From Octopus sinensis (taxonomy: Eukaryota), in the NCBI RefSeq assembly GCF_006345805.1, contig NC_043000.1, positions 142,972,001 to 143,036,000 on the forward strand: a stretch of DNA of 64,000 nucleotides, read 5' to 3'. Numbering within the stretch: position 1 is the stretch's first letter; every line of letters starts with the position of its first letter. The notes below the pieces were generated by a model, which searched no databases, was not told where the DNA came from, and saw only the letters and a list, made by a program, of their open reading frames with translations. Made by a program: the position numbers and the translations under genes. Positions 13,195 to 26,590 of the stretch are shown here, one piece after another.

Positions 13195-13560
13195 GTCGAT
13201 TAATGTCTGCTTTCAATGCTAGCATGGGTTGGACGGTTTGACTATGGTCTGGCGAACCAGATGGCTACACCAGGCTCCAGTCTTGATCCAGCAGAGTTTC
13301 TACAGCTGGATGCCCTTCCTAACGCCAACCACTCTGAGAGTGTAGTGGGTGCTTTTATGTGCCACCAGCACAGGGGCCAGTCAGGCGGTACTGGCAATGA
13401 CCTCGCTCGAATTTTTTTTTACACATGCCAACAGTACAGCTGCCAGTAAGGCGATGGTGGTAACGATCCCACTTTTATGGTGCCTCCTACATGCCACTGG
13501 CACGGAAGCCAATTAGCCGCTCTGGCAACGATCATGCTCGGATGGTGCTCTTAGCACCCT
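13195..13560 (-). mobile_element. RTE 3' UTR fragment
   Basis: Same sequence family as 30089-30450. Confidence 0.85.
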
Positions 13561-14989
13561 AAAAAAAGAGTTGAAGAGGGCCATCATTGTTGGGTTGGGA
13601 AAAGAGAGCACACATGGCTGACCTTGGGTGCTAAATATCCTGATTATTATTAGGTTGACTCACTCAACATCTTAATTACTCTAGAACCTAATGTTGCCAT
13701 CTCTTCAGAGCTCAAGTATTAGAGTGCTAACAGTTATAAGTCTACTAAATATCAGTTAATGTCCAGTTAACTATGACATATAAAGCTTTGAAGGAAGGAA
13801 GAGCATAATCTCATTATTTTATGGGCTCTTCTGGACAAAAGAATATGATGGTTGTGTGTAGGTAGCAGAATATATGAGAATACAAATTCAGTTTTGAACT
13901 ATGAAGGACAATTAACAATTGTTAATAAATAACGTTTTGCTATTTTATATGACACGGATAGATTTGATGCATCAGATAGTTGCAGCGAAAGGATAAATGC
14001 TTTGGAAAAGGGTTAACTATGATATCTAAGAGGTGAAATAGCATTATTGTGAAAAAGGAGACACTCGAGGTAATAAATGCGTTTAAGGGGATGGGATAGA
14101 GAGTACGGAAGCTCAGAGGCGCAATGGTGGTTCTACTAATAGAAAAGTCAGGAAGAGGACATAAATCAAATAACTAGTTAAAGGTTGGCAACAATTTGTG
14201 ATGGATGTTTTTATCTATCTGGCAGATGACTTATGTTTGTGAGAGTTACTCAAGAACTTATCACAACATCAGCTACTAACAGTCCTTGGTGACAAAAGGG
14301 TGATATATATTATCCAATCAGCTGTTAAAACAGTTGTAGCACAGATATAGTAAATAGAGTCTATTTCTACACTTCAACAATGACCAAAACAATAGAGAGA
14401 ATATCCACAGGTTGTGGCCTCTTTGATCAAAATCAATATCTCCTGATTTTTATTTTGAACTAACACAGAAATAAAATTTATCACCACAAATTATATTACT
14501 TCAGACTTGGTGTCAACATCCATCTATATACGCACAAAGTTAATCAACTAACTGTTTTGATGTTTGCAAAATTTTTGCAAATAACACTTTTGTAATTTCA
14601 TTGAAGCAATTAACATAACACAATTCTGCTCCATAAATATCTTTATGGTAGTATTGCAAATATTCATTACAAGTAATTGTAACATTCTGTGCCATTGTGA
14701 TTTTGACGATGATTTGTTTTAATAAACTTTTTAGTAGAGAGAGAGAGAGAGACACGTTAGTTTACTGGTTCTTTTTCATGTCACTGTTGTTGTTTCGTTT
14801 GACACCAGTACTGAGACTAGATCTCTAATTGACTGCATTCTAGCCATGACCTCCCTGCCTCTTTTTATTTATTCATTTTTTCAGACACTATTTATTGAAG
14901 AGTAGGCTAATATTTTTTGCAGATTGAGTAATTATATAGAAAAATGGTTACCAATCTTTTCTATGCCCTGCATCTTTTGGAAATACTTA

Positions 14990-15398
14990 TCCTTTATGTG
15001 TTTCAGTCACTGGACTGTGGCCATGCTGGGGCATTGCTTTGAAGGGCTTACTCAAACAATTCAACCTCAGTGCTTATATTTTATGTTTGGTACTTATTTC
15101 ATTGGTCTTTTTTGCTAAAGCACCAGATTACAAGGATGTAAACAAAACAACACCAGTTGCCAAGCTGTGATGCAAGACAAACACAATTCAAACACAAAGA
15201 CACATGCAAACATAGATATGCACATATATATATATGATAGGCTTCTTTCAGTTTCCATCTACCAAATCTATTCACAAGGTTTTGGTTGGTCAGGCACTAT
15301 AGTAGAAGACACTTATCTAAGGCACCATGTAGTAAGAATGAGCCCAGAACCATATGGATGGAAACTAAGCTTCTTACAATACAGCCATACCTGTGTCT
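14990..15398 (-). mobile_element. Diverged SINE family B copy
   Basis: Contains tttcagtca..tgtggccatgctgg..ggcttctttcagtttccatctaccaaatc..agtagaagacactt. Confidence 0.75.
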
Positions 15399-15774
15399 AA
15401 TAGTTTTCTTTTCTTGGCTTATTCACCCACATTCACACATATATGGAACTGTGAGTGAATTAATTTAACTTAAAAAATAAGATTTTGACTCAGTGCATAA
15501 AATGCAAAAGCAAACTGAACAATTGGAATTAAATGGTAACAATTCACAGCATTCACAATTATAAAGATAAAATTCAATGACTCTTTTTTTTTTTTATCCA
15601 ATTCAGGATTTTATCAAAATGTGGAACTCGCTTGCTGATTGAGATCTTCAGATCGATCTGCAAATTCAAACAGCTCCTAGATTTTGTCTTGATTGACAAA
15701 AGAGAACAGAACCCAGATCCACACATGCCATTGCAAACAAAATAAGGATAGAGTTCTTGGTCATAATCTCTTAA

Positions 15775-15995
15775 CCCTTTTGTTACTGTATTTATTTTGA
15801 GATGCTCTGTGTTTCTTTCAATTACTTTAAATGTAATAAAGAATTTAGTAAAATAACTTTGTTATCATTCAACTAGTTTTAGGAACATAAATTGTGGCTA
15901 ACGGTTGGTGGAAGATTTTAATTCAAAACTTGTGAAAACAAAACATTTGTTCTACAGAGCCAGAAGCAGTTTCAGTCAGGTTGGTATCAAAAGGG
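15775..15995. mobile_element. piggyBac-type MITE
   Basis: TTAA flanks both ends (15771-74, 15996-99) and the termini are ccctttt..aaaaggg. Confidence 0.8.
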
Positions 15996-16746
15996 TTAAG
16001 GATTAAATCTTCACAAGTTGAATATGGTCTTTTTTTTTTTTTTTTTTGGTTTGCTTAATCAGATAAAGTTAATTTTAAGAGTTGATATTTTAATTTAACA
16101 AAACCATGAACTATTTACTTTCCCTCTTTGTTGCACCTTTATGAGTGTGGCATCTCAGACTGGGAGTACCTGATGCAGAACGTTACTTATTGACTTGTGT
16201 TTATGTCGGTGATTCAACTGGAATTAAAGAAAATGTCATACATAATATTCAATTGAACTGTCACTGTCTCCAAACAATAAATTTATCAGTCAGTGCAGTA
16301 CTGTCCTGCAACAAAATAAAACTAATAATTACTAGGAATAGTCAGTAGGATAAAGAAAAAGCTCCATTGTAGTATTTAGTTTAGTTACATTTTGACAGGG
16401 GCTAGGTTCAAGATAAGTACCAATTAGATTGTGGTTTCGATTCGATTGATTATAACCCGTCCCAAAATACTCTAAGACTTAAAAATCATTATTCTTATTG
16501 TAATAGTTGATAGTAAGTATATGTCTTTATTGATATAAATTAGTTCCATTTGTAATGTAGAGAGCAGAACTATAATTGGAATCCATAGAATTGCTTAGGT
16601 TAGTTAGTAATTTATTTCATTAGTCATGAATAGAGAAATAAGTTTAGCTTTCATTGATCTGAATTTTCTTTCCATTGTTCCTAATCTCTATACACTAATA
16701 TATTATCTTCCCTGTCTTTACCTATACTTAGAAACACACATGTATG

Positions 16747-16778
<32 letters not shown>

Positions 16779-17332
16779 GTAAAAATAATTACAGACATGG
16801 ACAAGAACATGAAACACCACAGAGACGACACAAGAACCACAGGACGGGACATTCGAAGCCCTCAGTCATCAGTCAAGAACCAGATCATCTTAGCAATTTT
16901 GGCTGATATGCACACACATGCACATTCACAAAGAGACATATATATGTATATATGCGTATAGTTTTCTCATTTTCATCTGGTTGTATTTGTGTATGTGTTT
17001 GTTGCATTAGTCTGCAACTGTATACATATACTGACAGTAAATATTGTAAATGATATACATTTCCTATTTGTAATATATTTATCATTAATTCTTATTAGAC
17101 TTATTGTTCGACTGTCTGTTAGGTTAAGGTGCTGCTTAGCTGATTGCTGGCTCATCATATCACGTGTCTACTATGCTGCGTTCAAGTTGATGTTGTTTCA
17201 CCTAAGGTCAATCCTGATAGAACAGATCTATGGTGTAAAGATCTTTTAGCCCCAACCATTCTGTTTATCAGAGGTTACCTGATGCAAAATTTCTAAAGAA
17301 TGAAAACAATATTCTATTTTATATGTTTAAAG

Positions 17333-17640
17333 TTGCAACATAATTTCTTTTCCTCAACAGGCCCTGCCCTATTTAACACTGTCCCGAGGGAGATCAAAGA
17401 GGAAAAGGATCCCATCAACTTTAAACAGAGTCTGGATAGATTCCTTCAAAGAATACCAGATAAGCCACCCATAATTGGATACAACTCACCCAACAAGAAC
17501 TCACTACTTGAAAAAAACTTGACTTAAACAAAACTTGACTTAAACAGGATTCGAATAATCCTATCAGGTGGTGCTTTTAAGTTAGACATGGCCTGGACCA
17601 ATCTTTGGTCGAAACATATCTAAGTTTATCTAAGTTTATT
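17333..17640 (+). mobile_element. CR1-group LINE 3' end
   Basis: QHNFFSSTGPALFNTVPREIKEEKDPINFKQSLDRFLQRIPDKPPIIGY, followed by a UTR and a (tatctaagtt)n tail. Nearly identical to 29082-29391. Confidence 0.8.
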
Positions 17641-18177
17641 ACCTCAAACCCCTAACTATGTTGTTGTCATTTAGCTCTAGGTCGAATCTGAACAGACTTA
17701 TGATGAAAGGAATTCTAACCATTGTCTTCCCATCATTTTAAGGGATATGCATTTTTACATCATCTAATTTGGCCTTTCTCTTCCTAGTAGAGTAGGAAGT
17801 GAATTTAAGATGATTTGGGTGCTATTTCCTGCAACATAGGTATTATTCCATAAAAGTTCAAAATGAATACCACTCATGTGAAATTCCCCAGTTTTGCATG
17901 AACTGTAAGGGTCATAGGTGTTACTCCAACTCTTTTGATACATAAATAAATAGTAACCCTCACCCAAAAGAACTCATAGCAACTTTAAACATATAAAATA
18001 GAATATTGTTTTCATTCTTTTAGAAATTTTGCATCAAAGTTCAACTTGAATCATTCAAATAATACATGTAGCAAGTATTAGCTATACATATCACAAACAC
18101 ACACATATATATATATATATTTATAGATATATATGCTTACATGCATACATACATACATACATACATACATACATACA

Positions 18178-18213
<36 letters not shown>

Positions 18214-18219
18214 TATATG

Positions 18220-18582
18220 CACCATTCGAGTGTGATCATTACCACCGTCACCTTATTGGCACTTGTGCAGGTGGCACGGGAAAAAGCATTTGAGCGAGGT
18301 CGTTGTCAGTGCTGCTGGACTGGCTCCTGTGCAGGTGGCACATAAAAAACACAGTTTGAGCATGGCCGTTGCCAGTACTACCTGACTGGCCCTCATGTCG
18401 GTGGCACGTAAAAGCACCCACTACACTCTCAGAGTGGTTGGCGTTAGGAAGGGCATCCAGCTGTAGAAACTCTGCCAGATCAAAATTGAAGCCTGGTGCA
18501 GCCATCTGGTTCACCAGTCCTCACATAAATCGTCCAACCCATGCTAGCATGGAAAGCGGACGTTAAACGATGATGATGATGA
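18220..18582 (+). mobile_element. RTE 3' UTR fragment (duplicated at 20282-20644)
   Basis: Ends gctagcatggaaagcggacgttaaac(gat)n. Confidence 0.85.
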
Positions 18583-18916
18583 TTTATATATATATACACA
18601 CACAAACATATAAATATGTGTATATATGTATATAATTCATTAAATCCTTGCAGTACTTTTTCTCCCTGTTTCATAACTTATGCATTCCCATACTTTGCCA
18701 TGCTTCTCACCTTGTCTTATGACTTGTGTTTCTTATTGATTCTTTGTCATGATTTCCCTAGTGATAAAGTCTTTCAAATCTCTCCCTCTCTCTCTCTCTC
18801 TCTCTCGATCTGCCTCACTAGTATCTTCTCCCTGCTATTTCTATTTCTTGTGGTAAAGCTTGCCATTTATTTGACCACTTCCAGCTGTTCATTATATAAA
18901 GAACCTTTCGCACATG

Positions 18917-19607
18917 GTTTCCCTCCAGAAACCGTTCCACAACCATAGGATGAATCTGATCAGATAAAATGCTTAAATAGTCTTGACTATTAATTCTGCC
19001 ATGAAGGGAAAACATTGGGCCAGCAGATTTCCAAGATATAGCCCCCAGATCTTCATAGATCCTCCTCCATGTTTAACAGCTGGAAGAAGGCAGTCAGGGT
19101 CAAATACTTCTTTTGGTTGCCTCCATATTTATACTCGGCCACTCGTCGGAAATAAGGTAAAGGATAACTCGTCCAAAAAGATAACAATTTCCCACTGCTC
19201 TATGGACCAATTCTGTAGGTTTTTACACCACTCTAAATGCTTTGCAACGTTTGTTTTTGAAAGTGTTGGTTTTCTGATTGCAGCCCTCCCATGAAATCCG
19301 ACTTTGAGCAGCTCCCAGCAAACAGTTTTTGTGGAAACTGGGTTCTTGAGGCGGTCGTTAAACTCTGCAGTAATTTTTGGAGCCGTACTTTTGTGATCCT
19401 TTCTAACAATTTGCTATCTGAAAGTTTTGGTTTTCTTCCTGAGTTTTGTTTTCACAAGGAGGTTTTTCCCTCTTCCTCAAATGCTGTCATTACTTTCGGT
19501 ACAGTACTTCTTGATACACCAAACATTTCGACTGTTTTCATTATGCTAGAACCTGCCATACGGGCACCATCAATTTGACCTCTCTGAAAGTTCAATAGAT
19601 CTGTCGT
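18917..19607 (-). pseudogene. Tc1-family transposase pseudogene, 3'-truncated
   Basis: TDLLNFQRGQIDGARMAG..FGVSRSTV..NSGRKPKLS (paired-like HTH), FHGRAAIRKP, WEIVIFLDELSFTLFPTSGRV (first D), VKHGGGSMKIWGAISW, DYLSILSDQIHPMV. It has an ACG start, stops and a deletion, and ends before the second catalytic D. Confidence 0.9.
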
Positions 19608-19738
19608 TTTAATGAATTTTAATTACGTTTTTCTGATGATATCTGAAAAGAAGCAGCAACTTTGGCAAAACATATTAAACAGCTCTAATAATAAATAAAA
19701 AAAACATAAAAATAAAAAAATTTTGATGGTTTTATAGA

Positions 19739-19922
19739 TACTCTTTACTCTTTTACTTGTTTCAGTCATTTTTGACTGCGGCCATGCTGGAGCACCGCCT
19801 TTAATCAAGCAACTCGACCCCGGGACTTATTCTTTTGTAAGCCCAGTACTTAGTCTATCGGTCTCTTTTGCCGAACCGCTAAGTAACGGGGACATAAACA
19901 CACCAGCATCGGTTGTCAAGCA
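19739..19922 (-). mobile_element. SINE family B 3' half (duplicated at ~21802-21985)
   Basis: tactctttactcttttacttgtttcagtc..caccagcatcggttgtcaagc. Confidence 0.85.
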
Positions 19923-20022
19923 AACTTACAGGGGAAAATTCAACTTAGTAATACTAAATCAAATTTCACAATATATAATATATATATATATATATATTAT
20001 TATTATTATCATTATTATTATA

Positions 20023-20107
20023 TTTCGGAATGGTCATTTTGCCAGTTTAGCCAATAAAAACACACGCACTATTTATTGGATAAACTGGCAAAATGACCAT
20101 TCCGAAA
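20023..20107. repeat. ~37-bp inverted repeat hairpin (duplicated at ~22087-22171)
   Basis: tttcggaatggtcattttgccagtttagccaataaa..tttattggataaactggcaaaatgaccattccgaaa. Confidence 0.9.
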
Positions 20108-20239
20108 AATAATAATATCTGTTTCAACACACAACTTCACATAAAAAATCTTGCACAACAAATATATATATATATAATATATTTATAGATATATATGCTT
20201 ACATGCATACATACATACATACATACATACATACATACA

Positions 20240-20275
<36 letters not shown>

Positions 20276-20978
20276 TATATGCACCATTCGAGTGTGATCA
20301 TTACCACCGTCACCTTATTGGCACTTGTGCAGGTGGCACGGGAAAAAGCATTTGAGCGAGGTCGTTGTCAGTGCTGCTGGACTGGCTCCTGTGCAGGTGG
20401 CACATAAAAAACACAGTTTGAGCATGGCCGTTGCCAGTACTACCTGACTGGCCCTCATGTCGGTGGCACGTAAAAGCACCCACTACACTCTCAGAGTGGT
20501 TGGCGTTAGGAAGGGCATCCAGCTGTAGAAACTCTGCCAGATCAAGATTGAAGCCTGGTGCAGCCATCTGGTTCACCAGTCCTCACATAAATCGTCCAAC
20601 CCATGCTAGCATGGAAAGCGGACGTTAAACGATGATGATGATGATTTATATATATATACACACACAAACATATAAATATGTGTATATATGTATATAATTC
20701 ATTAAATCCTTGCAGTACTTTTTCTCCCTGTTTCATAACTTATGCATTCCCATACTTTGCCATGCTTCTCCCCTTGTCTTATGACTTGTGTTTCTTATTG
20801 ATTCTTTGTCATGATTTCCCTAGTGATAAAGTCTTTCAAATCTCTCCCTCTCTCTCTCTCTCGCTCTCTATCTGCCTCACTAGTATCTTCTCCCTGCTAT
20901 TTCTATTTCTTGTGGTAAAGCTTGCCATTTATTTGACCACTTCCAGCTGTTCATTATATAAAGAACCTTTCGCACATG

Positions 20979-21669
20979 GTTTCCCTCCAGAAACCGTTCC
21001 ACAACCATAGGATGAATCTGATCAGATAAAATGCTTAAATAGTCTTGACTATTAATTCTGCCATGAAGGGAAAACATTGGGCCAGCAGATTTCCAAGATA
21101 TAGCCCCCAGATCTTCATAGATCCTCCTCCATGTTTAACAGCTGGAAGAAGGCAGTCAGGGTCAAATACTTCTTTTGGTTGCCTCCATATTTATACTCGG
21201 CCACTCGTCGGAAATAAGGTAAAGGATAACTCGTCCAAAAAGATAACAATTTCCCACTGCTCTATGGACCAATTCTGTAGGTTTTTACACCACTCTAAAT
21301 GCTTTGCAACGTTTGTTTTTGAAAGTGTTGGTTTTCTGATTGCAGCCCTCCCATGAAATCCGACTTTGAGCAGCTCCCAGCAAACAGTTTTTGTGGAAAC
21401 TGGGTTCTTGAGGCGGTCGTTAAACTCTGCAGTAATTTTTGGAGCCGTACTTTTGTGATCCTTTCTAACAATTTGCTATCTGAAAGTTTTGGTTTTCTTC
21501 CTGAGTTTTGTTTTCACAAGGAGGTTTTTCCCTCTTCCTCAAATGCTGTCATTACTTTCGGTACAGTACTTCTTGATACACCAAACATTTCGACTGTTTT
21601 CATTATGCTAGAACCTGCCATACGGGCACCATCAATTTGACCTCTCTGAAAGTTCAATAGATCTGTCGT
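20979..21669 (-). pseudogene. Tc1-family transposase pseudogene, duplicate copy
   Basis: Same as 18917-19607 at offset 2062. Confidence 0.9.
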
Positions 21670-22218
21670 TTTAATGAATTTTAATTACGTTTTTCTGATG
21701 ATATCTGAAAAGAAGCAGCAACTTTGGCAAAACATATTAAACAGCTCTAATAATAAATAAAAAAAACATAAAAATAAACAAAATTTTGATGGTTTTATAG
21801 ATACTCTTTACTCTTTTACTTGTTTCAGTCATTTTTGACTGCGGCCATGCTGGAGCACCGCCTTTAATCGAGCAACTCGACCCCGGGACTTATTCTTTTG
21901 TAAGCCCAGTACTTAGTCTATCGGTCTCTTTTGCCGAACCGCTAAGTAACGGGGACATAAACACACCAGCATCGGTTGTCAAGCAAACTTACAGGGGAAA
22001 ATTCAACTTAGTAATACTAAATCAAATTTCACAATATATAATATATATATATATATATTATTATTATTATTATCATTATTATTATATTTCGGAATGGTCA
22101 TTTTGCCAGTTTAGCCAATAAAAACACACGCACTATTTATTGGATAAACTGGCAAAATGACCATTCCGAAAAATAATAATATCTGTTTCAACACACAACT
22201 TCACATAAAAAATCTTGC

Positions 22219-22269
<51 letters not shown>

Positions 22270-22436
22270 TCATCATCATCATCATCATTTAGCATCCGCT
22301 TTCCATGTTAGCATGGGTTGGACGGTGCTAGCATGGGTGTATATATATATATATATACACAAAAGGTAAGGAATGAAGTACTAAGATCTGGGCTACATAT
22401 GCTCGGATGGTGCTCTTAACGTATACACACAAAATC

Positions 22437-23135
22437 ATCATAATAATAATAAATGGCAAGTTCGTGTGTTTGTGAATTTGTTACTTTAACTCCTCCGAAA
22501 CTATCCAAGAAACCTTGATGAAACTTGACACATGTGTGGGGCTTATGCCCATACAGTCACTTGCACACTTGGAATTATTTTTAAAAATCGATTTTTAATC
22601 AGCATCGATTTTTCAAAGATTGTAAAATTTCAGCAGTTTTTGCACTAGCCATCGTGACATCGATTTGATGAAAAATGCCGAACTTTGACCCAAAATGTTT
22701 CATGGGTATAAACAGCCAGCTTATTAAAAGTAATCTATTTAGCATTTGCTAATTCTTCATTTCAATACAAATTGTTTTAATTTGCTAAAACTTATTTCAA
22801 TTCATTATTTTAATTCTACAGTGTTTCAGGTTTTGATTAGGTAAGAGCGTTTTATTTCTCAAGGAAAATTTAAACATTTTGTGCACTAGCCGTCATAACA
22901 TAAATTTGACGAAATCTGCCCCTAGGCATAAAATTTCGCCATTTTACACATATGCACAAATACGATGATGAAACAACTTCACTACCAGACTCTGCTCATT
23001 TTTTCACCAAATATGTCCTACCCATTAATATAGATTTTAAATTTTTGAAAAATGTCGAGATTTGACAAAAAATGTTTCATGGCTATAAACAGATATCTTA
23101 TTAAAGGTAATGTATTACCAGGTATCTCAGATAGT
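22437..23135 (+). mobile_element. Possible non-autonomous Helitron-like element with internal diverged repeats
   Basis: The 5' end tc..ataataataaatggcaag..gtgtgtttgt..aactcctccgaaac..ttgatgaaacttgacaca and 3' end ccaggta..agatagt resemble Helitron ends. Internal repeats 22637-22740 match 22877-22920 and 23049-23118. Confidence 0.4.
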
Positions 23136-23239
23136 GTGTGTGTTTGTATGTATGAAAAATTAGTAAAGAAGTATATATTAACTGTATGACAGTGACACTG
23201 CCATACAACAATTAGGCAATGTCAAGACATACTAGCATA

Positions 23240-23288
<49 letters not shown>

Positions 23289-23938
23289 TATATATATATC
23301 ATCATTTCCTGCTATCTCTGCCTCGGCAAAAGCACCCAGGGCAAGCCCATTCAAGGCTGCTGATGTGCTCTCCTGGTCACCAGTTGATGGTCAGGATAGC
23401 TGTCCTCCTTGATTTGAATCAATTATTGGACACACCTCATGTTAATCCTATCAGCCATAATCTTCCTTACTTGATTAGTGCATGTTGAAAGAGGGTATCC
23501 ATTTTGGCATTTACCATCTAGCTTGTTCGTTTTCACCACAGCCAAGGAGTTTAACCTACCCTCAGAAAAATCTATTTAACCCATAGATGAGATCCTGGCA
23601 GGTACTGCCATTCAGGGTCAGAACAGATCTGAGAGTATTGATAATTAATAGGTCACTCCATGCTTCCTACAACTTCAGAACTTCCAAACTGCAGCCTCAC
23701 CACAGTATAAAGTTTAATGACATATATAAGAAGTGTATGAGTTATTATATTTGATTTTATATGGCCAATATGATAATATAACCAGCCAGTCAATGATCTT
23801 AGACAATCATTTTGATATATTTCCAACACAAATATACCAATAACAGACACTGTGCTTTGAATGAGTAAGAGTGCATAACTGATAATCATGGGTCAGAAAC
23901 AATGTATAATCTGTTAGAGTATAAATTTAATATAAATA

Positions 23939-24346
23939 AGGCGCAGGAGTGGCTGTGTGGTAAGTAGCTTGCTAACCAACCACATGCCTCTGGGTTCAGT
24001 CCCACTGCGTGGCACTTTGGGCAAGTGTCTTCTGCTATAGCCATGGGCCGACCAAAGCCTTGTGAGTGGATTTGGTAGACGGAAACTGAAAGAAGCCTGT
24101 CGTATATATGTATATATATATGTGTGTCTGTGTGTTTGTGTGTCTGTGTTTGTCCCCCTAGCATTGCTTGACAACCGATGCTGGTATGTTTATGTCCCCG
24201 TTACTTAGCGGTTCGGCAAAAGAGACTGAGAGAATAAGTACTGGGCTTACAAAAGAATAAGTCCCGGGGTCGAGTTGCTCGATTAAAGGCGGTGCTCCAG
24301 CATGACCGTAGTCAAATGACTGAAACAAGTAAAAGCGTAAAAGAGT
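23939..24346 (+). mobile_element. Full-length tRNA-derived SINE, family B
   Basis: Head ggcgcaggagtggctgtgtggtaag (A-box-like), ggttcagtccc (B-box-like), tgggcaagtgtctt (CORE-like block), central microsatellite and gtaaaaga tail. About 12 copies or fragments occur in the window. Confidence 0.9.
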
Positions 24347-24351
24347 ATATA

Positions 24352-24520
24352 AGAGGAATCAGATATTCTGTGGAAGAGAGAAGACCACATTGGTTTGGGC
24401 ATGTGATGCTTATGGATGAAAATATTTACATGAAGAAATGCCAATGACTTAGAGTTCATGGAACCTGTGAAAGATGTGGGATGATATGGGTAAAGCTTAT
24501 TTTAGGATGCTGAGTCTCAT
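24352..24520 (+). mobile_element. Old RTE ORF C-terminal fragment
   Basis: RGIRYSVEERRPHWFGHVMLMDENIYMKKCQ*LRVHGTCER aligns with RSISCGVQERRLRWYGHVARMDEESCVKKCHTLAVEGTCGR of the 30703 ORF. Confidence 0.75.
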
Positions 24521-24685
24521 GGAGGAGATGTATGTATGTATTTGAATTTACATCTGCATTTATGTATGTTTATGTATATGTGATTTATATGTATGTGTAC
24601 ATATGTGTATGACTGCAAATGTATGTATATGTATGTAAATGAATGTGTATGTAAGTAAACATGTGTATTCATATATATATATATG

Positions 24686-24716
<31 letters not shown>

Positions 24717-24744
24717 GCATATATATATGTATATATATATATAT

Positions 24745-25156
24745 AGGTGCAGGAGTGGCTGTGTGGTAAGTAGCTTGCTAACCAAGCATATGGTTCCGAG
24801 TTCAGTCCCACTGCGTGGCATCTTGGGCAAGTGTTTTCTGCTATAGCCTCAGCCAACCAATGCCTTGTGAGTGGATTTGGTAGACGGAAACTGAAAGAAG
24901 CCTGTCGTATATATGTATATATATATATGTATGTGTGTGTGTGTTTGTTTGTGTATCTGTGTTTGTCCCCCTAGCATTGCTTGACAACCGATGCTGGTGT
25001 ATTTACGTCCCCGTCACTTAGCTGTTCGGCAAAAGACACTGATAGAATAGGTACTGGGCTTACAAAGAATAAGTCCCGGGATCAAGTTGCTCGACTAAAG
25101 GCGGTGCTCCAGCATGGCCACAGTCAAATAACTGAAACAAGTAAAAGAGTAAAAGA
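24745..25156 (+). mobile_element. Full-length SINE family B
   Basis: Colinear with 23939-24346. Confidence 0.9.
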
Positions 25157-25164
25157 ATATATAT

Positions 25165-25197
<33 letters not shown>

Positions 25198-25506
25198 TAC
25201 AGTGATCACCATGACCGACAAGGGCTATCAGACGTTGCTACACATCGCTGGTCACAATGTGCCTCGCATTGTTTTAGCCTTCAAATGATGCCACCCTGCT
25301 GGCTAAGCGAGCAGGCCAACAGAAGAAAGAGTGAGAGAAAGTTGTGGCGAAAGAGTACAGCAGGAATCGCAACCACCCCTTGCTGGAGCCTCATGGAGCT
25401 TTAAGTGTTTTCGCTCAATAAACACTCACAACACTCGTTCTGGGAATAGAAACCACGAACCTATGACCGTGAGGCTGCTGCCCAAACCACTAGGCCACTG
25501 TGCCTC

Positions 25507-25507
<1 letters not shown>
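25198..25507 (-). mobile_element. tRNA-derived SINE, family F
   Basis: Minus-strand head ggaggcacagtggcctagtggtttgggcag..ggtttctattcccag carries A and B boxes. Flanked by TA/CA tracts. Confidence 0.7.
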
Positions 25508-25590
<83 letters not shown>

Positions 25591-25864
25591 TATATTTAAA
25601 TAATGAGGGAGATAAATTAATATTAATTTTAATATCAATTTAAAACCAGTAGTCTAGCATACAAAAAATCTGAGAAGTCAGAGAAAATTCTAATATATGT
25701 GTATATTGGCAGGGCTGGACTGCTAGGTAGTCGGCCGTATGCTAGAAACAGATCATCAACGATCAAACTACAAAGGAAATTCTCTAGAGGAAAAATTCAG
25801 CGAACACCAGAACCAAGTTTGGCGGGCAGGACAGATGAAAATTTATATAAAAAAAACAGACTTA

Positions 25865-25941
25865 AATGCATACCTCGGTTTCGGCCTTTAACAAAAGAAT
25901 TACTTACATAACTCAAATGTCCGTGGCTTCATCAGTGCATT
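25865..25941 (-). ncRNA. Type I hammerhead ribozyme motif (inverted copy)
   Basis: Exact reverse complement of 26514-26590. Confidence 0.75.
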
Positions 25942-26513
25942 CGGTCAGTGTAAATGCAAACTGAAAAACTAACCCCAGCTTTCTGTGCCAAGACAGACAC
26001 GTGCTTAATTTTACCGATTACATTAGGGATAAAATTTCAAATGTCTTGGTTCTGGCTCGCTAAGAAATTCCTGAAGCAAAGGGCTGCAGTAAATAATTCA
26101 CTGCGGTTCTGAATTTTTCCTCTAGAGAATTTCCTTTGTAGTTTGATCTTTGATGATTTTCTAGCATACGGCCGACTACCTAGCAGTCCAGCCCTGCCAA
26201 TATACACATATATTAGAATTTTCTCTGACTTCTCAGATTTTTTGTATGCTAGACTACTGGTTTTAAATTGATATTAAAATTAATATTAATTTATCTCCCT
26301 CATTATTTAAATATTGAAATAAATACGTTCTCTAGTAGTAAGCACTAACCGCAGTGAATTATTTACTGCAGCCCTTCGCTTCAGGAATTTCTTAGCGCGC
26401 CAGAACCAAGACATTTGAAATTTTATCCCTAATGTAATCGGTAAAATTAAGCACGTGTCTGTCTTGGCACAGAAAGCTGGGGTTAGTTTTTCAGTTTGCA
26501 TTTACACTGACCG

Positions 26514-26590
26514 AATGCACTGATGAAGCCACGGACATTTGAGTTATGTAAGTAATTCTTTTGTTAAAGGCCGAAACCGAGGTATGCATT
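26514..26590 (+). ncRNA. Type I hammerhead ribozyme motif
   Basis: aatgca CTGATGA agcc-(38 nt)-ggcc GAAA cc-ga-gG TA tgcatt. It has a 6-bp stem I, intact core and short stem III. The GUA triplet predicts cleavage after 26584. Confidence 0.75.

Larger units (their letters stand above)
18115..22240. repeat. Tandem duplication, two ~2062-bp copies
   Basis: The ORF track repeats at offset 2062 (18133/20195, 19291/21353). Only a handful of differences were seen, and the junctions lie in (TA)n. Confidence 0.95.

Noticed and set aside
16770-16915. CTGATGA..CGAA..GTC on the minus strand as a fifth hammerhead
   Set aside because: There is no GAAA core or stem I/II pairing. It is possibly a truncated PLE-type tail but not supportable.
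23939-24015. tRNA genes at SINE heads
   Set aside because: A/B boxes are present but there is no complete cloverleaf, and they continue into SINE bodies.
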